Assembly: GCA_964187785.1 (NCBI GenBank)
Contig: OZ076409.1
Location: 32,428,001 to 32,492,000 of the forward strand
DNA length: 64,000 nt
Origin: Amphiscolops sp. MND2022
Taxonomy: Eukaryota
Reading direction: 5' to 3'
Of the stretch, positions 1 to 12,696 are shown piece by piece. Each line of letters begins with the position of its first letter. Within the stretch, counting starts at the first letter, position 1. A program made the translations under genes and the position numbers. The notes below the pieces were generated by a model that saw only the letters and a list, made by a program, of their open reading frames with translations, was not told where the DNA came from and searched no databases.

Positions 1-879
1 TACACGACGTTTTCCAAGTCGCCATTGGTGGGAGATTACCGTGTAATTTACAAAGCACTACTGGGACGTTTAACTTGTTTGATCCCATTGTTCAGTTTGT
101 TCAGTCTTGTTTGTTCCTGTTCGCCAAGTAACTTACTGATTGCCCTCTCCTGATTGAATCCAAATCAACAGTTTGTATGTCAAGCTCTCTGTTCATTCAC
201 CACCCAACTCCTCACAGGTGGATGACACTCTCCTGCTGTCATGAGTGATATAAATGAGTATTCAGACCTTGCTAACAGATAATCGATTGGAAAATAACAG
301 CAATAAGTTTTGAATTGATAACATTTTGGCGTCCATTTTGCAATACCTATTATTTTTCGTTCTACCAATTGTTTCACTATGATTCAATCTCCGTAATCAC
401 CCAGTTTAAAAATCACATAGTTGGACTTTTTCGGTGGGAATTGGGAAAATACTCGAGTTTGGCCATGTGGCAAAATAATGGAAGTAAGGGACCATGTGTT
501 CGATCCCCCAAGAGGCCGCTACCTATCAGTTGAAAGTTGCCCATTAAGTCTTAAAACAAAAAAAATGTGTTGTTCATCGAGGAACATAGTTTAAACAAGG
601 TTTGCATTTGAATGCCAAACTGCCAAGATGAAATTAGTTTCCAAAAAGAACGTTTTAAGTGCTAAATTTTTCATTCGAACACTTTCACTGATTTCTCAAA
701 TCAATTGGTGGAGGGTAGGCAGAAAATAACCATCTTTAGGAAGATAAAAAAGTTTTCCAACGCTTCTCGTTTTGACTGTTTTTCTGGAATCAACTAAACC
801 ATCTGACTTTCAATTATTTGACAAGAATTTTGAAGAACCTTACTCAAGATTGTTCTACAATTTGAAAAATCAAACTCAC

Positions 880-1319
880 CTGGGAAAATTTAACGTATTG
901 CCAGGAAGATGCAATGTGATCTGCCCTCGTCGTGATGAATTTTTTTTATTCGACAGTTGGCGGCAACTGATTTGTGTTGTCATTGATAACCCTCGCCAAG
1001 CCAGAGTTCGTCTCATTGTAGGTGTCAATGAACACAGTGTCTTTTCCCTCCTGAACTTCCATGACGTAGTCAAAGTTGGCGACTTGAGTTGCTCTCTTCG
1101 GCCCCCAATAACTCAGTAGAAGCTCTTGCGCTTCGAATTGCTTTTTCACGAAAAGCCTTCTTCCAGACGTTCCATTGGCGAAGTTGACAGTCTGGACAAC
1201 AAAACCCTCCGGATCCGAATAGAGGAAGTCTTTCCACGATTCAGTGTTTCGCGCTGCATTACAAGTAAACATGGTTTTCTGAAGAGCAAGAAAGGTAGAG
1301 TTTGTCACTCAGAGCAGTT
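880..1319 (-). pseudogene. SET-domain lysine methyltransferase exon (PR-Set7/SETD8-like), frameshifted
   Basis: ORF 946..1308 reads SGRRLFVKKQFEAQELLLSYWG...YVMEV...FIDTYNETNSGLARVIND. A shifted frame continues SVAANCRIKKIHHDEGRSHCIFLAIR*IFPG, matching the SET GxG-F/EY-G, DAT-E--LGRLINHS--PNC and L-A-RDI--GE motifs. Flanked by a minus-strand acceptor (ttttggtag, ~1320) and donor (ccag|gtgagt, ~879). Confidence 0.8.
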
Positions 1320-1759
1320 CTACCAAAATAAAACATCAACAAAGCTACTGAAATGTGAATTCTACCACATTAGAACAAACAAGTAAAACGTTTTAGTGTT
1401 CGACTGGAACAGTTTCATTATGCTGATACAAAATCGAAACCCAGATATCAATTGTTGGGTTAAATATTAGTTTTTAGGAAGAATGAAGAAAGTTGCTCAA
1501 TGACAGTGTTGCTACTAGGAGAAATTTTAATCCAAAAAGTCTAATAATTTGCGGAAATATGTTGTGTACTTTTGATTTGGAAGAAAACGTTAGGAAACAA
1601 AAATCTTGTGATTCATTTTTGGCTCGAAAAACAATAACCAAGTTTTGAACGAATGTTGTTATCAAAAATCAATGTCAGCTTCGCATTGAACAAAAAGTTT
1701 TCATCTGTCTGTGATCACTCTCATTTTCTGTTTAATTTTGTTGGATCCAATGTTTTATT

Positions 1760-2197
1760 TCGTCCCTGTGGAAGGTAAACAGGAATTCACAGTATATGTA
1801 GAGGATAACCTCCCTGGGTTTCTGGAAAGGCACTGTTCCTTTGGGATGTGTACGTTGGTCAGCCTTGATGATAGCCAGCATCTTCCTCAGCTCAACTTTA
1901 CTGACACTGTTCTCTGAACGTTGACGATATGACCATTCTCTGTAGAGGAAAATGACAACCAGAGTTTCGAAGTAGCGAAATGCAAAGGAGAAATGGGAAC
2001 CTCGTTCAAGTTCCTACTCGCAGGCCAAGGTAATCCGATACATGTGCTTCTCTATAATGAAGTTACATCCAAACACCACGCTCTTTCCAGGAGTGAACAC
2101 AAATTGGATCCTTTGACTGGGTAAAAACAGAAAATTGCTATTTCTAGAACTACCTTATTTGTTGTCACGTCCCTGTGAAAGCCGGAGAAGAATGAAT
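1760..2197 (-). pseudogene. JmjC domain, C-terminal exon (copy A)
   Basis: Homologous to 5300-5757, whose translation FFLGFHRDVTTNKVVLEKGNCLFLPSQRIQFVYTPGKSVALGCNF matches the KDM2/KDM7 segment IFLGD..C.RIELKQG.TF.IPSGWIHAVYTP.D.LVFGGNF. Confidence 0.75.
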
Positions 2198-2649
2198 TGA
2201 AACAGAGAGCATGTTAAAGAAGCAACACCTAACCCATGTGTTGGTCAAAGGGATTTAAGATTCACTACCATTCCACCATCGCCCACATAGTTGTGATATA
2301 TAGAAATCGATGGTAGATGAAAAACATCGATCGATAGCAACGCCCAGTGTTGGCAAAAAGTGACAATTATTGCAGTTGAAAGTTGAGATGAAAAAACAAC
2401 GTCCGGTGCTTTAAAAAAGGGTTATTATCGCGGCTTCTTATTTAAGAAGAAGAAGCAACGTCCCTTTGCTGGAAAACGAGAGTATTTTTGGAATCGATCG
2501 AAAAGCAACCCCCGATTAATGATGGTTCTCCAACCTTCGAAAAATTGAACGAACAACTTGAAAAGTAGTTTTGAATTGGTACCTGTTTTAAGGAATTTTC
2601 TGACGTCAGCAATGCTACTGATCATTCGACTTTAAAGAAAGTCTTAGTT

Positions 2650-3930
2650 AACTTTTGGTAGCAATCGCAAGCCATTTCTCAAAAGGTTTTTCCTTCTCTC
2701 TTGGCTCCACAACAAAGAAGTGTTTCTTGCCCTTTGCCAAAATGTGGATTACAGATGTGCCCGTGAAGTCCTGATCCCAGTTCATTTGCGCTCCAGTTTC
2801 TGACATTAGCAGGTGGTCACTGATTCTTGATGTGAAATCTATTGCGAGTTGGTTTTAAGCGCTCAAAGAAACCGTCATGCAATGGCCAAACGAAACGTAT
2901 ACCACTATATTGGGCAAACAAACCCGGTGAACCATCCCGCTGTTTGAATCCGCGTTGAAGTCAATCACATTCATCGGATAATATTCGGGCACAAGACTGT
3001 GGTCTACGCTTTGCTCAAGAAACTCCTTCGAGTGAAATTATCTTCACTTTCTTGAATTGCAGAGATGCGGACATTGATTTTAAACTTCCGGCGAATTCTC
3101 TTTGTTACCCGACGAAAGGACTTCAAGCTTTCAGCAGGAGGAGGTGCGATACCAGGAATTTTGTTGGTACAGTGGCCTACAACAACAAGTTTTGAATGGC
3201 TTTCGTTGAAAAACTTGGATCTAATGTCGTCCACTTTAAGCACATCAAAATCAATTGTGGTAGGCGGTGCTGTTGCAAACACATGCTGCTGAATGAACAC
3301 AGAACCATTTTCGGCCCCATTTGGAGGAAGCGAACTGAAGTTTCTTGAGTAAGAGGCAACGCAAGCCATTTCTCAAAAGGTTTTTCCTTCTCTCTTGGCT
3401 CCACAACAAAGAAGTGTTTCTTGCCCTTTGCCAAAATGTGGATTACAGATGTGCCCGTGAAGTCCTGATCCCAGTTAATTTGCGCTCCAACTGCAATCTC
3501 CAGCTTTTTCACTACCGCAACTTCTTGAAGGACAACAGCTTCAGTAGTACCCGTGAGTGTTTCTTCGGGGTCTTTGCTTCTCTCTCCAAGAGAAGCAAGT
3601 GTTTCCAATTTAAATTGAAGCGACTCGTCACTTGAGAAACGACGGATCTTATCCGCGGGTGATCCTACTTGTAGGGTCTCTGGAACAGAGGTTTCCAAAA
3701 TTGCGCTTTGGTCGGCAAGAGTTGCATTTTCCTCACCTGCGCCAGAGGATGTAGTGGGCTTTGGTTCCAAAAATGTGAAAGTTGTCACCGTTTGGGAAGT
3801 AGTGGTTATGGCTGGAGCAAGTTTGCACTTAGGTTTTTGCCGGGTTAGATCGAAAGTTCGAGCCACTGTTGTGCCACAAAATTCACACTCGAAGATTCTT
3901 TTTTGGCGTTCAGAAACGAAAGACTCATTA
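2650..3930 (-). pseudogene. C2HC zinc finger, linker and JmjC N-terminal exon (copy A)
   Basis: CEFCGTTVARTFDLTRQKPKC zinc-finger relic at ~3825-3890. LLMSETGAQMNWDQDFTGTSVIHILAKGKKHFFVVEP..EKPFEKWL at ~2670-2810 matches KDM2/7 CLMS..GCYTDFHxDFGGTSVWYH..KG.K.F.LI.PT. Confidence 0.8.
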
Positions 3931-5254
3931 TTCAAAGGAATCAAACTAAAGTCATAAAGAATGCTACGAAGTTCGACTAGGTGCCTGAAAAAATTAGTCA
4001 CAAGCGAAGTTTCTCGATCAATCTTAGATGTAATCAAGTCACTGTTCGTGCGGTGCAGCACCCAGTGCTGGAGAATGAGACTGTTTTTGCGCCTTGAGGT
4101 TGGAAGAAATAAACAACGCCCGGTGCTAGAAAAATGAGGTTGGTTTTGTTCCTGAAGGTTTTTACAAAAATAACAATGCCCGGTGCTGGGAAGAAAAAAA
4201 TATCGCGCCTTGTTATTATCACGCCCCTTCACACGGACAACTGTTTTGTGGTAATTGTCTGAGTCCAATAAAAAAACAATTCATTCAAAGAAAGTATCAA
4301 ATACGACGTAATTTAATCTCTGAACCTATTTGTTTCCAACTTTGATTTTCGAAGTTTCTTTCAGGAAGGTACTAAAGGAAACATCCTCGATTTTAGATCG
4401 ATGAATCAGTTCAGAAGACTCGATTTGAAAAAAATTAAGCAACAAATTTCAGCCGAACACCTTGTGACACTTTCGTTTTGGCGTCAGACAAATGAAAAAA
4501 AAAAACAAAAAAGCCTACGTCACAGAAAGCAAAATAATTTGAACTCACTGGAAAACTGATGTCAAGCAACAGTTAGTACAATTTTCGTTTCAAGAACGAT
4601 ACATAATTTCTACGAATAACTTTTGTAAAGTGAGGCCTTTAAAAAAGCGCGACACAGTCCAAATAGCCACTGTCATAGATAACATCTGGGTATTCAAATA
4701 TTACTCAGGACAGAGTTTGTCAAACTATACCAAAAACAAGTTAGTCTAACATATCTCCCTGAAATTCGTTTTTTTTTGTATTCAAATAAAAAAGAAGTAT
4801 CGAAACTTTTTTTGGCGGACATCACTACTGGGGTAATTCAAGGAATAAGCTTTGAGAAACACAAGAAGATCTTTTTCTCAAAATATTGAAGATATGCTGT
4901 GATTCCAACCATCATTCGCAGGCAAAAATAAACGAGATTAACATATGAAAACAAACAAAGTAACACTTTCTGACGAAGACTGCGTCAGACTTCTTTCATT
5001 GAATTTTTATGAAAATAGTGAGAAGTCCTGAAACTCGAGAATGTTGAACGAGAAACCGAGAAACGATTTCATCTTTTGCCACCAGTAACAATGCTTTTCG
5101 AATAGAGCAAAAATGAAAAAACCTAATCAAAAGCTCGTTTAACATACCAGAATTCCTTCACGTGGATTCATTCAACCAAAACAAATCATTGTACCAAACT
5201 TTCAAAAAGTTAAAATTTAAAATGTTGTGCAGATTAGGAAATAGTTGTCCGACT

Positions 5255-6845
5255 CGAATTGAACATAAAGGTATGTGGCCACTCTCTGTTTTTGTTCAAT
5301 TTTGTTGGATCCAAGATTCTATTTTGTCCCAGAGGAAATCGAACAAAGATCACAGTATATGTAGAGGAAAACCTCCCGGGGACGAAAGGCTCTTTTCTTT
5401 CAAAGTGTGTACGTTGGTCAGCCTTAATGATAGCCAGCATCTTCCCCAGCTCAACTTTACTGACACTGTTCTCTGAACGTTTACGAAATGACCATTCTCT
5501 GTAGAGGAAAATGACAACCAGAGTTTCGAAGTAGCGAAATGCAAAGGAGAAACGGGAACCTTGTTCAAGTTCCTTCTCGAAGACCAAGGCAATCCGATAC
5601 ATGTGCTTCTCTATAATGAAGTTACATCCAAGCGCCACGCTCTTTCCAGGAGTGTACACAAATTGGATCCTTTGACTGGGTAAAAACAGGCAATTGCCTT
5701 TTTCTAGAACTACTTTATTTGTTGTCACGTCCCGGTGAAAGCCGAGGAAGAATGAATTGAAACAGAGAGCAAGTTAAAGAAGCAACAACTAACCCGTGTT
5801 TTGGTCAAAGGGGTTTAAGATTCACTACCATTCCCCCATCGGCCACATTGTTGTCATATATAGAATTCGTTGGTAGAATAACATCGATCGATAGCAATGC
5901 CCAGTGCTAGAAAAACGTGAAAATTATCGCGGCTGAAAATTGAGAGAAAAAAAGCAACGACCGGTGCTGGAAAAAAATCAATTATCGCGACATCCTATTC
6001 AAGAAGGGGAAGCAACGTCATGTGCTGGAAAACGAGAGTGTTTTCAGGAATCGATCAATCGATCAAAAAGCAATCTCCGATCATTGATGGTTCTCCAACT
6101 TTCGAAAAATTGAAGGAAAAACCTAAAAAATACTTTCGAATTGGTACTTGTTTTAAGGAATTTTTCTGACGTAAGCAAAGCTACTGATCTTTCGACTTTG
6201 AAGAAAGTCTCACCTAATTTTTGGTAGCAATCGCAAGCCATTCCTCAAAACGTTTTTCCTTCTCCTCTCTTGGCTCCACAACAAAGAAGTGTTTCTTGCC
6301 TTTTGCCAAAATGTGGATTACAGATGTGCCCGTCAAGTCCTGATGCCAGTTAATTTGCGCTCCAGCTTCTGACATTAGCAGGAGGTCACTGATTTTTGAT
6401 ATGAAATCTATTGCTGGTTGGTTTTAAGGGCTCAAAGAAGCGGTCATGCAATGGCCAAACGAAATGTCTACCACTATATTGGGCAAACAAAACCGGTGAA
6501 CCATCCCGCTGTTTGAATCCGCGTTGAAGTCAATCACATTCATCGGATGATATTCGGGCACAAGACTGTGGTCTACATTGTGCTCAAGAAACTCCTTCAA
6601 AGTGAAATTATCTTCACTTTCTTGAATTGCAGAGAAGCAGATACTGATTTTAACCTTCCGCCGAATTCCCTTTGTTTCACGACGAAAGGACTTCAACCTT
6701 TCAGCAGGAGGAGGTGCGATACCAGGAGGTTTGTTAGTACAAAGGCCTACAACAACAAGTTTTGAATGGCTTCCGTTGCAAAACTTGGATCTAATGTCGT
6801 CCACTTTGAGCACATCAAAATCAATCGTGGTAGGCGGTGCTGTTG
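5255..6845 (-). pseudogene. Copy C: partial JmjC gene (both JmjC exons), with the H-x-D iron-binding motif intact
   Basis: Matches ~1680-3275. ORF 5234..5728 is the JmjC C-terminal part. 6300-6385 on the minus strand gives LLLMSEAGAQINWHQDLTGTSVIHILAKGKKHFF (His codon at 6343-6345). Homology ends abruptly at ~6845. Confidence 0.8.
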
Positions 6846-9800
6846 AAGTGAGTGTGAACGCAACCCCTAAGGGAATTACTCCCTGATTAGACGCAAGCGT
6901 GGACCCGCTGAGTTCTGGGGTGCCAGTGTTTAGCACCAACAGGAAACCATTAACGGATACATTGCCTCTGACCGCTCCGGTGACTCTGTTGAGTTCTCAG
7001 AAGGAAGAGTGATGGATATGGACGATATGAGAAAGAGGTTGACTAAAATGAAAATGGAAGGGCGAGAGTCAGGGCAAGCTATAATCCTCGATTGCGTCGA
7101 ATAATGATTTAACAAGGCACCGAGAAGCACTTGCTGTCACTCGAATGACAGAGATGACTACGATCATCAAGGACAATATCGGCAAGCTGACGATTGCTTG
7201 AAGTTTTGACGCCAAAAGATTTGGACGCCAACTGCGATTTGGACGCCTAAATTTGCATGATGGATCTCATGGCAACCATGCAGGACCTCACCCTCAGGGC
7301 GTAGGTTGTAGTGGCACAGTTGACCACAGGATATAGCTGCACTCCATCAATGCCCATGGCATCAACACAGGCGAACGCACGTTCCACTAGTGTATTTCCG
7401 CGCAACAACCCGCATGTACAAAAATAGCCCCTCCTACTAGCAGGCCACAGACAGAGTACACTGAACAAGCAAGGCTTCAGCCATCTCCGGTATCCAAAAA
7501 AGATCAAGGGAAAACAAAAAAGTGCCAAAACTCAATCAAGCCGAACTGCTGCGCTGCGACACGGACACTGGCCCAATGACTGACTTGTCATCGTTCGACC
7601 CATTCGCCAGAGAAGCATCGATTACAACTGACGGTTCGATTTATCACACGGCACCATCGACGAGTGCCGGAACCAATTCACCGTTGTGGTCCTTCGGAGA
7701 TAAGTGACCACGGCAATTGGCCTTCAACACAGAGAGAAGGACTAACAAGAAAATTAGCTCAGACTGTAGTGGAGGAACCTAAGTGTGAGCCCCTAGGGCA
7801 GTACAGAGGCACCTTCTGGCAAAAGCAATGAACCGCTACTGGCGGCAAAAGAAACTAAAAACAAACCTAACAAACGTCGTGAAAAACGCAATAGCAACGT
7901 CGACGATGGATGAAGCTAATGGAGCGGTATCTAGAAAAAATGCATGCAAAGGAAACGCCAGTGGACAAATCTTGGACTATCATCGGATTCCTAGAAAACG
8001 AAGCACGAGACTAAATACCAAATAAAACAGAGGCTGAGAAGGATATCGACAGAAAAGTGTTTGCACTTCTCGCGCGAAGTCTTGGAACAGGATCTGGCAA
8101 GGTTTCAAATCCAACAACAGTTATCCACGCGTAAACAGACTAGTGACGAGGAATATATGCATTATGTCAATTGTCGAGGGATTGCGTAGTCAAGGTTTTA
8201 CAAATGAGGACGTGGCTGTAAGACACTACGCAATCATGCAAAAGTTCATGGGAGCGCGGAATCAGGAACTGAAGAGAAACCTTGCACGAGAAAAATACGT
8301 TCGAGAACCACCAACGGTGGAGGCACTTAGGTTCATCGTACAGGAATACCTACGGATTCGCGGTTCTGCTCGCGCCCACTGCAACCTGGCTGATCCGCAA
8401 AAACAAGCACCCAATTATCCACAAAGCCGGGCACTGCCCCATTTAGCACCAGATACCCAATTTACAACGACCCCAGCATCCTGAGGCTTCTAGACAACAA
8501 CAGGAGCGAAAATGTTTCAACTCTGGCGACCTATCGTAGTCGACTATCCACTGAAAGATTGAGCGCGTAACGTTCTCCGGGCAACGTAACCAGTCAAAGG
8601 GACAGTAGAATTTTGCAATAATTGCAGACACACAGGCCACGCAGCATCTAAATGCATGTTTTCGGAGGGCATAGGACACGATGAACAGATACGAGCAGCG
8701 TAGTATGCCCAGTCACGAATTCGACAGAAACCATTGACTCAGATGACCAATTCAGAGTGATTTCTGTAGCGAAGCAGAAGGTCCCTCGAGACCGGTCGTA
8801 CTTCATTGCGAAAAAAAATAAATCTTACCTACTTTAGAGACTCCCGCACCAAACTGCACCGCGACAATGATTTCGATTCACTAACTGCTGTCAGCAGGGG
8901 AAAACTCACAACGTAATCTAACAATAGGCTTGCTTAAAAAGAACTTTGCAGTATCATCAAAGAGAAACTTGCCCTGAGACCTCTGCCTCACTTCACCAGG
9001 ACGATGAGACGAAATTTGCGAAGATACAAAAAATCAAAACATTAGCGCCCGTCCCTGTAGCTATCAACATCGATGTCGACATGAACATTGACGCAATAGT
9101 TGTCCTAGAAGGACTTTTCCACAAGGCTTGTATCTAGATTTACAAGAAGTGAGGTGTTTTAGCATCGGCGTACAGGACACACAGAGGGGGGTTTTGACGA
9201 GCGGAAATGTCGATCTTCTCGCTTACCAGATGATTGCCGCCGTACACTAACTGAGTCCCCTGTCCTTTGACATGGCTTTATGCTGCCAACACCAACGGTA
9301 TTAATACAGTCAGCATACCAGAGGATGTCAGGTTTTAGCTAGGAGTGCACACCGTGAAAACTATTTTCATTGTTATTGCTGATCACCTGGGAGCTGAGCG
9401 CTTCCTACTGAGACATAACATCTTACTAAGGTTCAACGTTCTGGTGGATCTGAGCTATGCGAGTGACCACAAGCGACCCAAAGACACCTAGGTTCTTCAA
9501 GGCAGTACATGAGGTGTGTGAACAAGAAGCATGCTTCGTTGTTTCTTTCGACGAAGTAATGCTAGGATCCTTTGAACAAGTTTCACTTTTGAGATGTAAT
9601 GATGCACCCTTACACTGTGAAAACTAACGCCCCTTTTGTTTTCTGAAGATACACTGACTTGAGTGGCAAAAGAAGGTATAGTATATCTGGCCCTCCAAAA
9701 AAGACTGGTGACAAGGGGGTGCTAATAAAAGGCAAACGGTAATAGGGAAAGTGGTGCTCACCGAATTTGTGATGAACTCTATTTCTTTAAAGAACAGTCT

Positions 9801-10420
9801 GGAAGCTACTGCGCTTCCGGTTCAAAAGGTAATAAAACTGCATATGGGGTTAAATTTAAAAACAAGTTGGGAATTCAGTTCAATTGCACAAAAATTTTAG
9901 GAACCACAGAAGTGTCATGGAACGGACTGTCAGAAAATGTGTTTCTCGAAAGCATAGATCCGCAATTCCTGAAAACAAATCCTGGCCCAGACATCTCTCC
10001 CGTCCATTTTTGGGGAAGAGGCTAAGGAAAAGCTAGGTGAGCAAATATGATAACCCTTTCATGAAAACTAGGGCGGTTATTGGACGATGCAAAACAGACA
10101 AACACAGCATAAAATTAAAGCCGTAGGCTATACCACACCGCGAAGAGACCAGGCAAATGTCCTCCGATAACTTATGGCGGCAAAAACAAATCAAGAAGTG
10201 CAAAACTTGCTGGCCATTGGTCTGATACAACTTTCCTACTCGCCGTGAGAAAGTGGGATAGTCATTGTGAAGAAAAAGACGAGCGAACTCTGCTTTCGCT
10301 GAGACTTCGGACCGCCAAATGACATGACAGTGAAGGTTGCATTCCCGCTGCCTAGGGTAGATGAGATCCCTTCTAGAATAGGCAACACAAAGATTGTCAC
10401 TAGCATCGACTTGGCAGATA
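6846..10420 (+). mobile_element. Heavily decayed Ty3/Gypsy gag-pol fragment
   Basis: Gag-like ORF 8143..8484; zinc-knuckle relic CNNCRHTGHAASKC at ~8614-8660; RT N-terminus GIVIVKKK...DFGPPNDMTVKVAFPLPRVDEIPSRIGNTKIVTSIDLA at ~10255-10415. Many stops, and no LTRs or YxDD found. Confidence 0.7.
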
Positions 10421-12402
10421 TCGCTGAAGAAACGTGCTCGAAGAAAGACCGCGTTCGTGTGTGGGCTAGACTTGTTCGATGCAACAGCATGCTTCCAGAG
10501 ATCAATTACCAGAGCACTGCAAAAGTTACAATAACTTTCTGTGTGTTTTCATAAATGTTTTGAACTTTGATAGGGTTGCTAAATTAATTTGGAAGGCTTT
10601 TAACTTCGTTTGGCGAGGACGAAAGACAACGGCACAGGAAAGATGTAACGTCCACCAGCCTGGTGGACCTGTTCGAACTTTCGAAAAGTTCGGTGTAAAA
10701 CATGCTCGACTTTGCAGGTACCTGAGAATCAGTCGAGACAACGAAGAAGGAAGAAAAAACACATCCGACACACCCCCTACCCCCGCTCGAACGAAGGCTG
10801 AAAAAAGAGGAAGATTTCGACGGAGTAGCTCCCGATACCCAGTGTTGTACCATTCTTTCCGGAATGGCCCAATCAAGAATTTGGCAGAGATGCGGACATC
10901 CCCGAAGCCTGGAATCACATTACAAAGTGGATTGATCTAAAAACTCAAAATCTTCATGATAGTGCTCAAAGTATCCATTTTAGTTATTTTCGTGAGTTAT
11001 TAAGGCTATTTTGCAGATGTACGATGATGCTGGATCTAGTAGACCCCCGTTTAAAGTTTTTGCTGATAATACAATGTACTTCAACTAACTGCCGTTTTTG
11101 GACCTCGAGAGTTTGTATGAATGCGCCGAAACCTTGGGAACAGTTTTTACTTGTTTATAGAACGTATCCCGACATTGAGAGTGCTGGCATTTTGCCACAG
11201 AGCTCTATAACGAGGAGCCTCCTTGGATAAAAGTTCCGGTAGAAGACATTTTCGGGACGAAAATTAGTGTCTAGGCTTTTAGTAAGAGCATGGTCCCCTG
11301 TCTAAGCAACCTAGGCACCGTCCCAGTTCTAGGATGTAAACTGCTAGCTTGACTTCACAAACTGTTTATCAGCCCATTTTGCAGTTCAATATTGTTCGAT
11401 ATAACCCATAACTCGAAAAATTGGACCTTTCGCCGTTAAATGCTGGTTAGTTATAGAGTCTCTGGGAGATATTCACGACTATAGAAACAAGCGCGGAACA
11501 GCGTAAATTAGCGCCCGGCTTAGAACTCAATAGGAACAAAAGTACTTCAAAGTGTTCAGGATTCTCCTTGGAATACATTTAATTCAAAGTAACGGAAAGC
11601 CTAAGGGGGACTTTTTTAGGGGAACATTTTTTTCGCATCTCCGCAACTTCCTTTGTAACACGTAGTCTACTTAGGGTCATAAATGGAGACCTAAAATTTC
11701 GGCACCATTTTCTCGTTTTCGGGTGCCGATTTTGACATTTTATGCCAATTTCAGCACCAATTGAAAAGGTTCTGCATTTTAAATGTTTTGATTCTCCTCT
11801 TAAAATATGAGATACTGGAAAAAACTCAAGAGTTAAAAAAATGGAAAGGGAATGATTTTGATTCCAGCTGTGGGTGGAACCAAAACTTGTAAACTAAATA
11901 TTATTGAACTAAATTGGAGTTGAATTAAATCCATTAGAATTGAATCGAAACGTAATTTAGTTTGATTGATGAAAGAAATTTTAGAGACGTTTGGATTAAG
12001 TTACCACACATTTTGCGCAGAGAGTCGAACAAGGAGTCAGACTAGTTTTTATTGATGCTGGATTAAGAAAAAGTTCACTCCTTGTTCTCATCAAGTAACT
12101 TATATTTAGAAATTTGGTTCAACCCAAAATTGGTACCAAAAATTTTAATTCCAGTAATTGATTCTGCCCAAACTGAAAACTTAACAAAAACAAAGTTTCA
12201 TTTCATATTTTAACACGGTATTGTCAAAACAGAATCGTAATGAACAACATTAACTAGAATAGGTAAAATAAAAGACCTCATATAGTAACACGAGCAGGAG
12301 AATTCCATTCCGGGATGTATTCCGGGCTATATACTTCTTCATCGACGCAAGGTTGAACATCGCTGAGCTTAGAGCGGGCAACCGGGTCTTTGTAATCCAA
12401 CT

Positions 12403-12696
12403 TTAGAGTTCCGAAGCGTTTGATTGGTTTGAGCGCCGGAGAACAACGACCCTTTGGTTTGGCTGAGCAAAAAATGGAATGTCTGTGGACTTTACGTTCG
12501 CTTCAGCCACTGAGTCAATGCCCAGTCGACCAATGCCTATGTTCTCTATGTGAACGGGGCACACTCCTGCAGTTGCATTTATGATTCTCCGGCCAGTTCG
12601 TTTCACTTCCAGGTAATATTCGCGTTTGAAGCCTTTGATTGCTAAAACGTCTTCCATCATTTTTGGTAAAAACTTGGACATGAAGTCGATGAGCAC
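12403..12696 (-). pseudogene. Coding-like relic of unknown family
   Basis: 97-aa ORF in a GC-richer island (~12280-12900) within AT-rich flanks; no motif recognised. Confidence 0.25.

Larger units (their letters stand above)
1..5190 (-). mobile_element. Copy A of the ZnF-JmjC-SET segment of the tyrosine-recombinase element (runs off the left edge of the window)
   Basis: Colinear, diverged match to ~24107-30330: acacgacgtttt..cgccattggtgggag at 2 and 24107, with the same SET, JmjC and upstream sequence in both. Confidence 0.85.

Noticed and set aside
3177..4268. 363-aa ORF as a real protein
   Set aside because: Chimeric: it begins in minisatellite/non-coding DNA, includes the 130-bp duplication and ends out of frame with JmjC.
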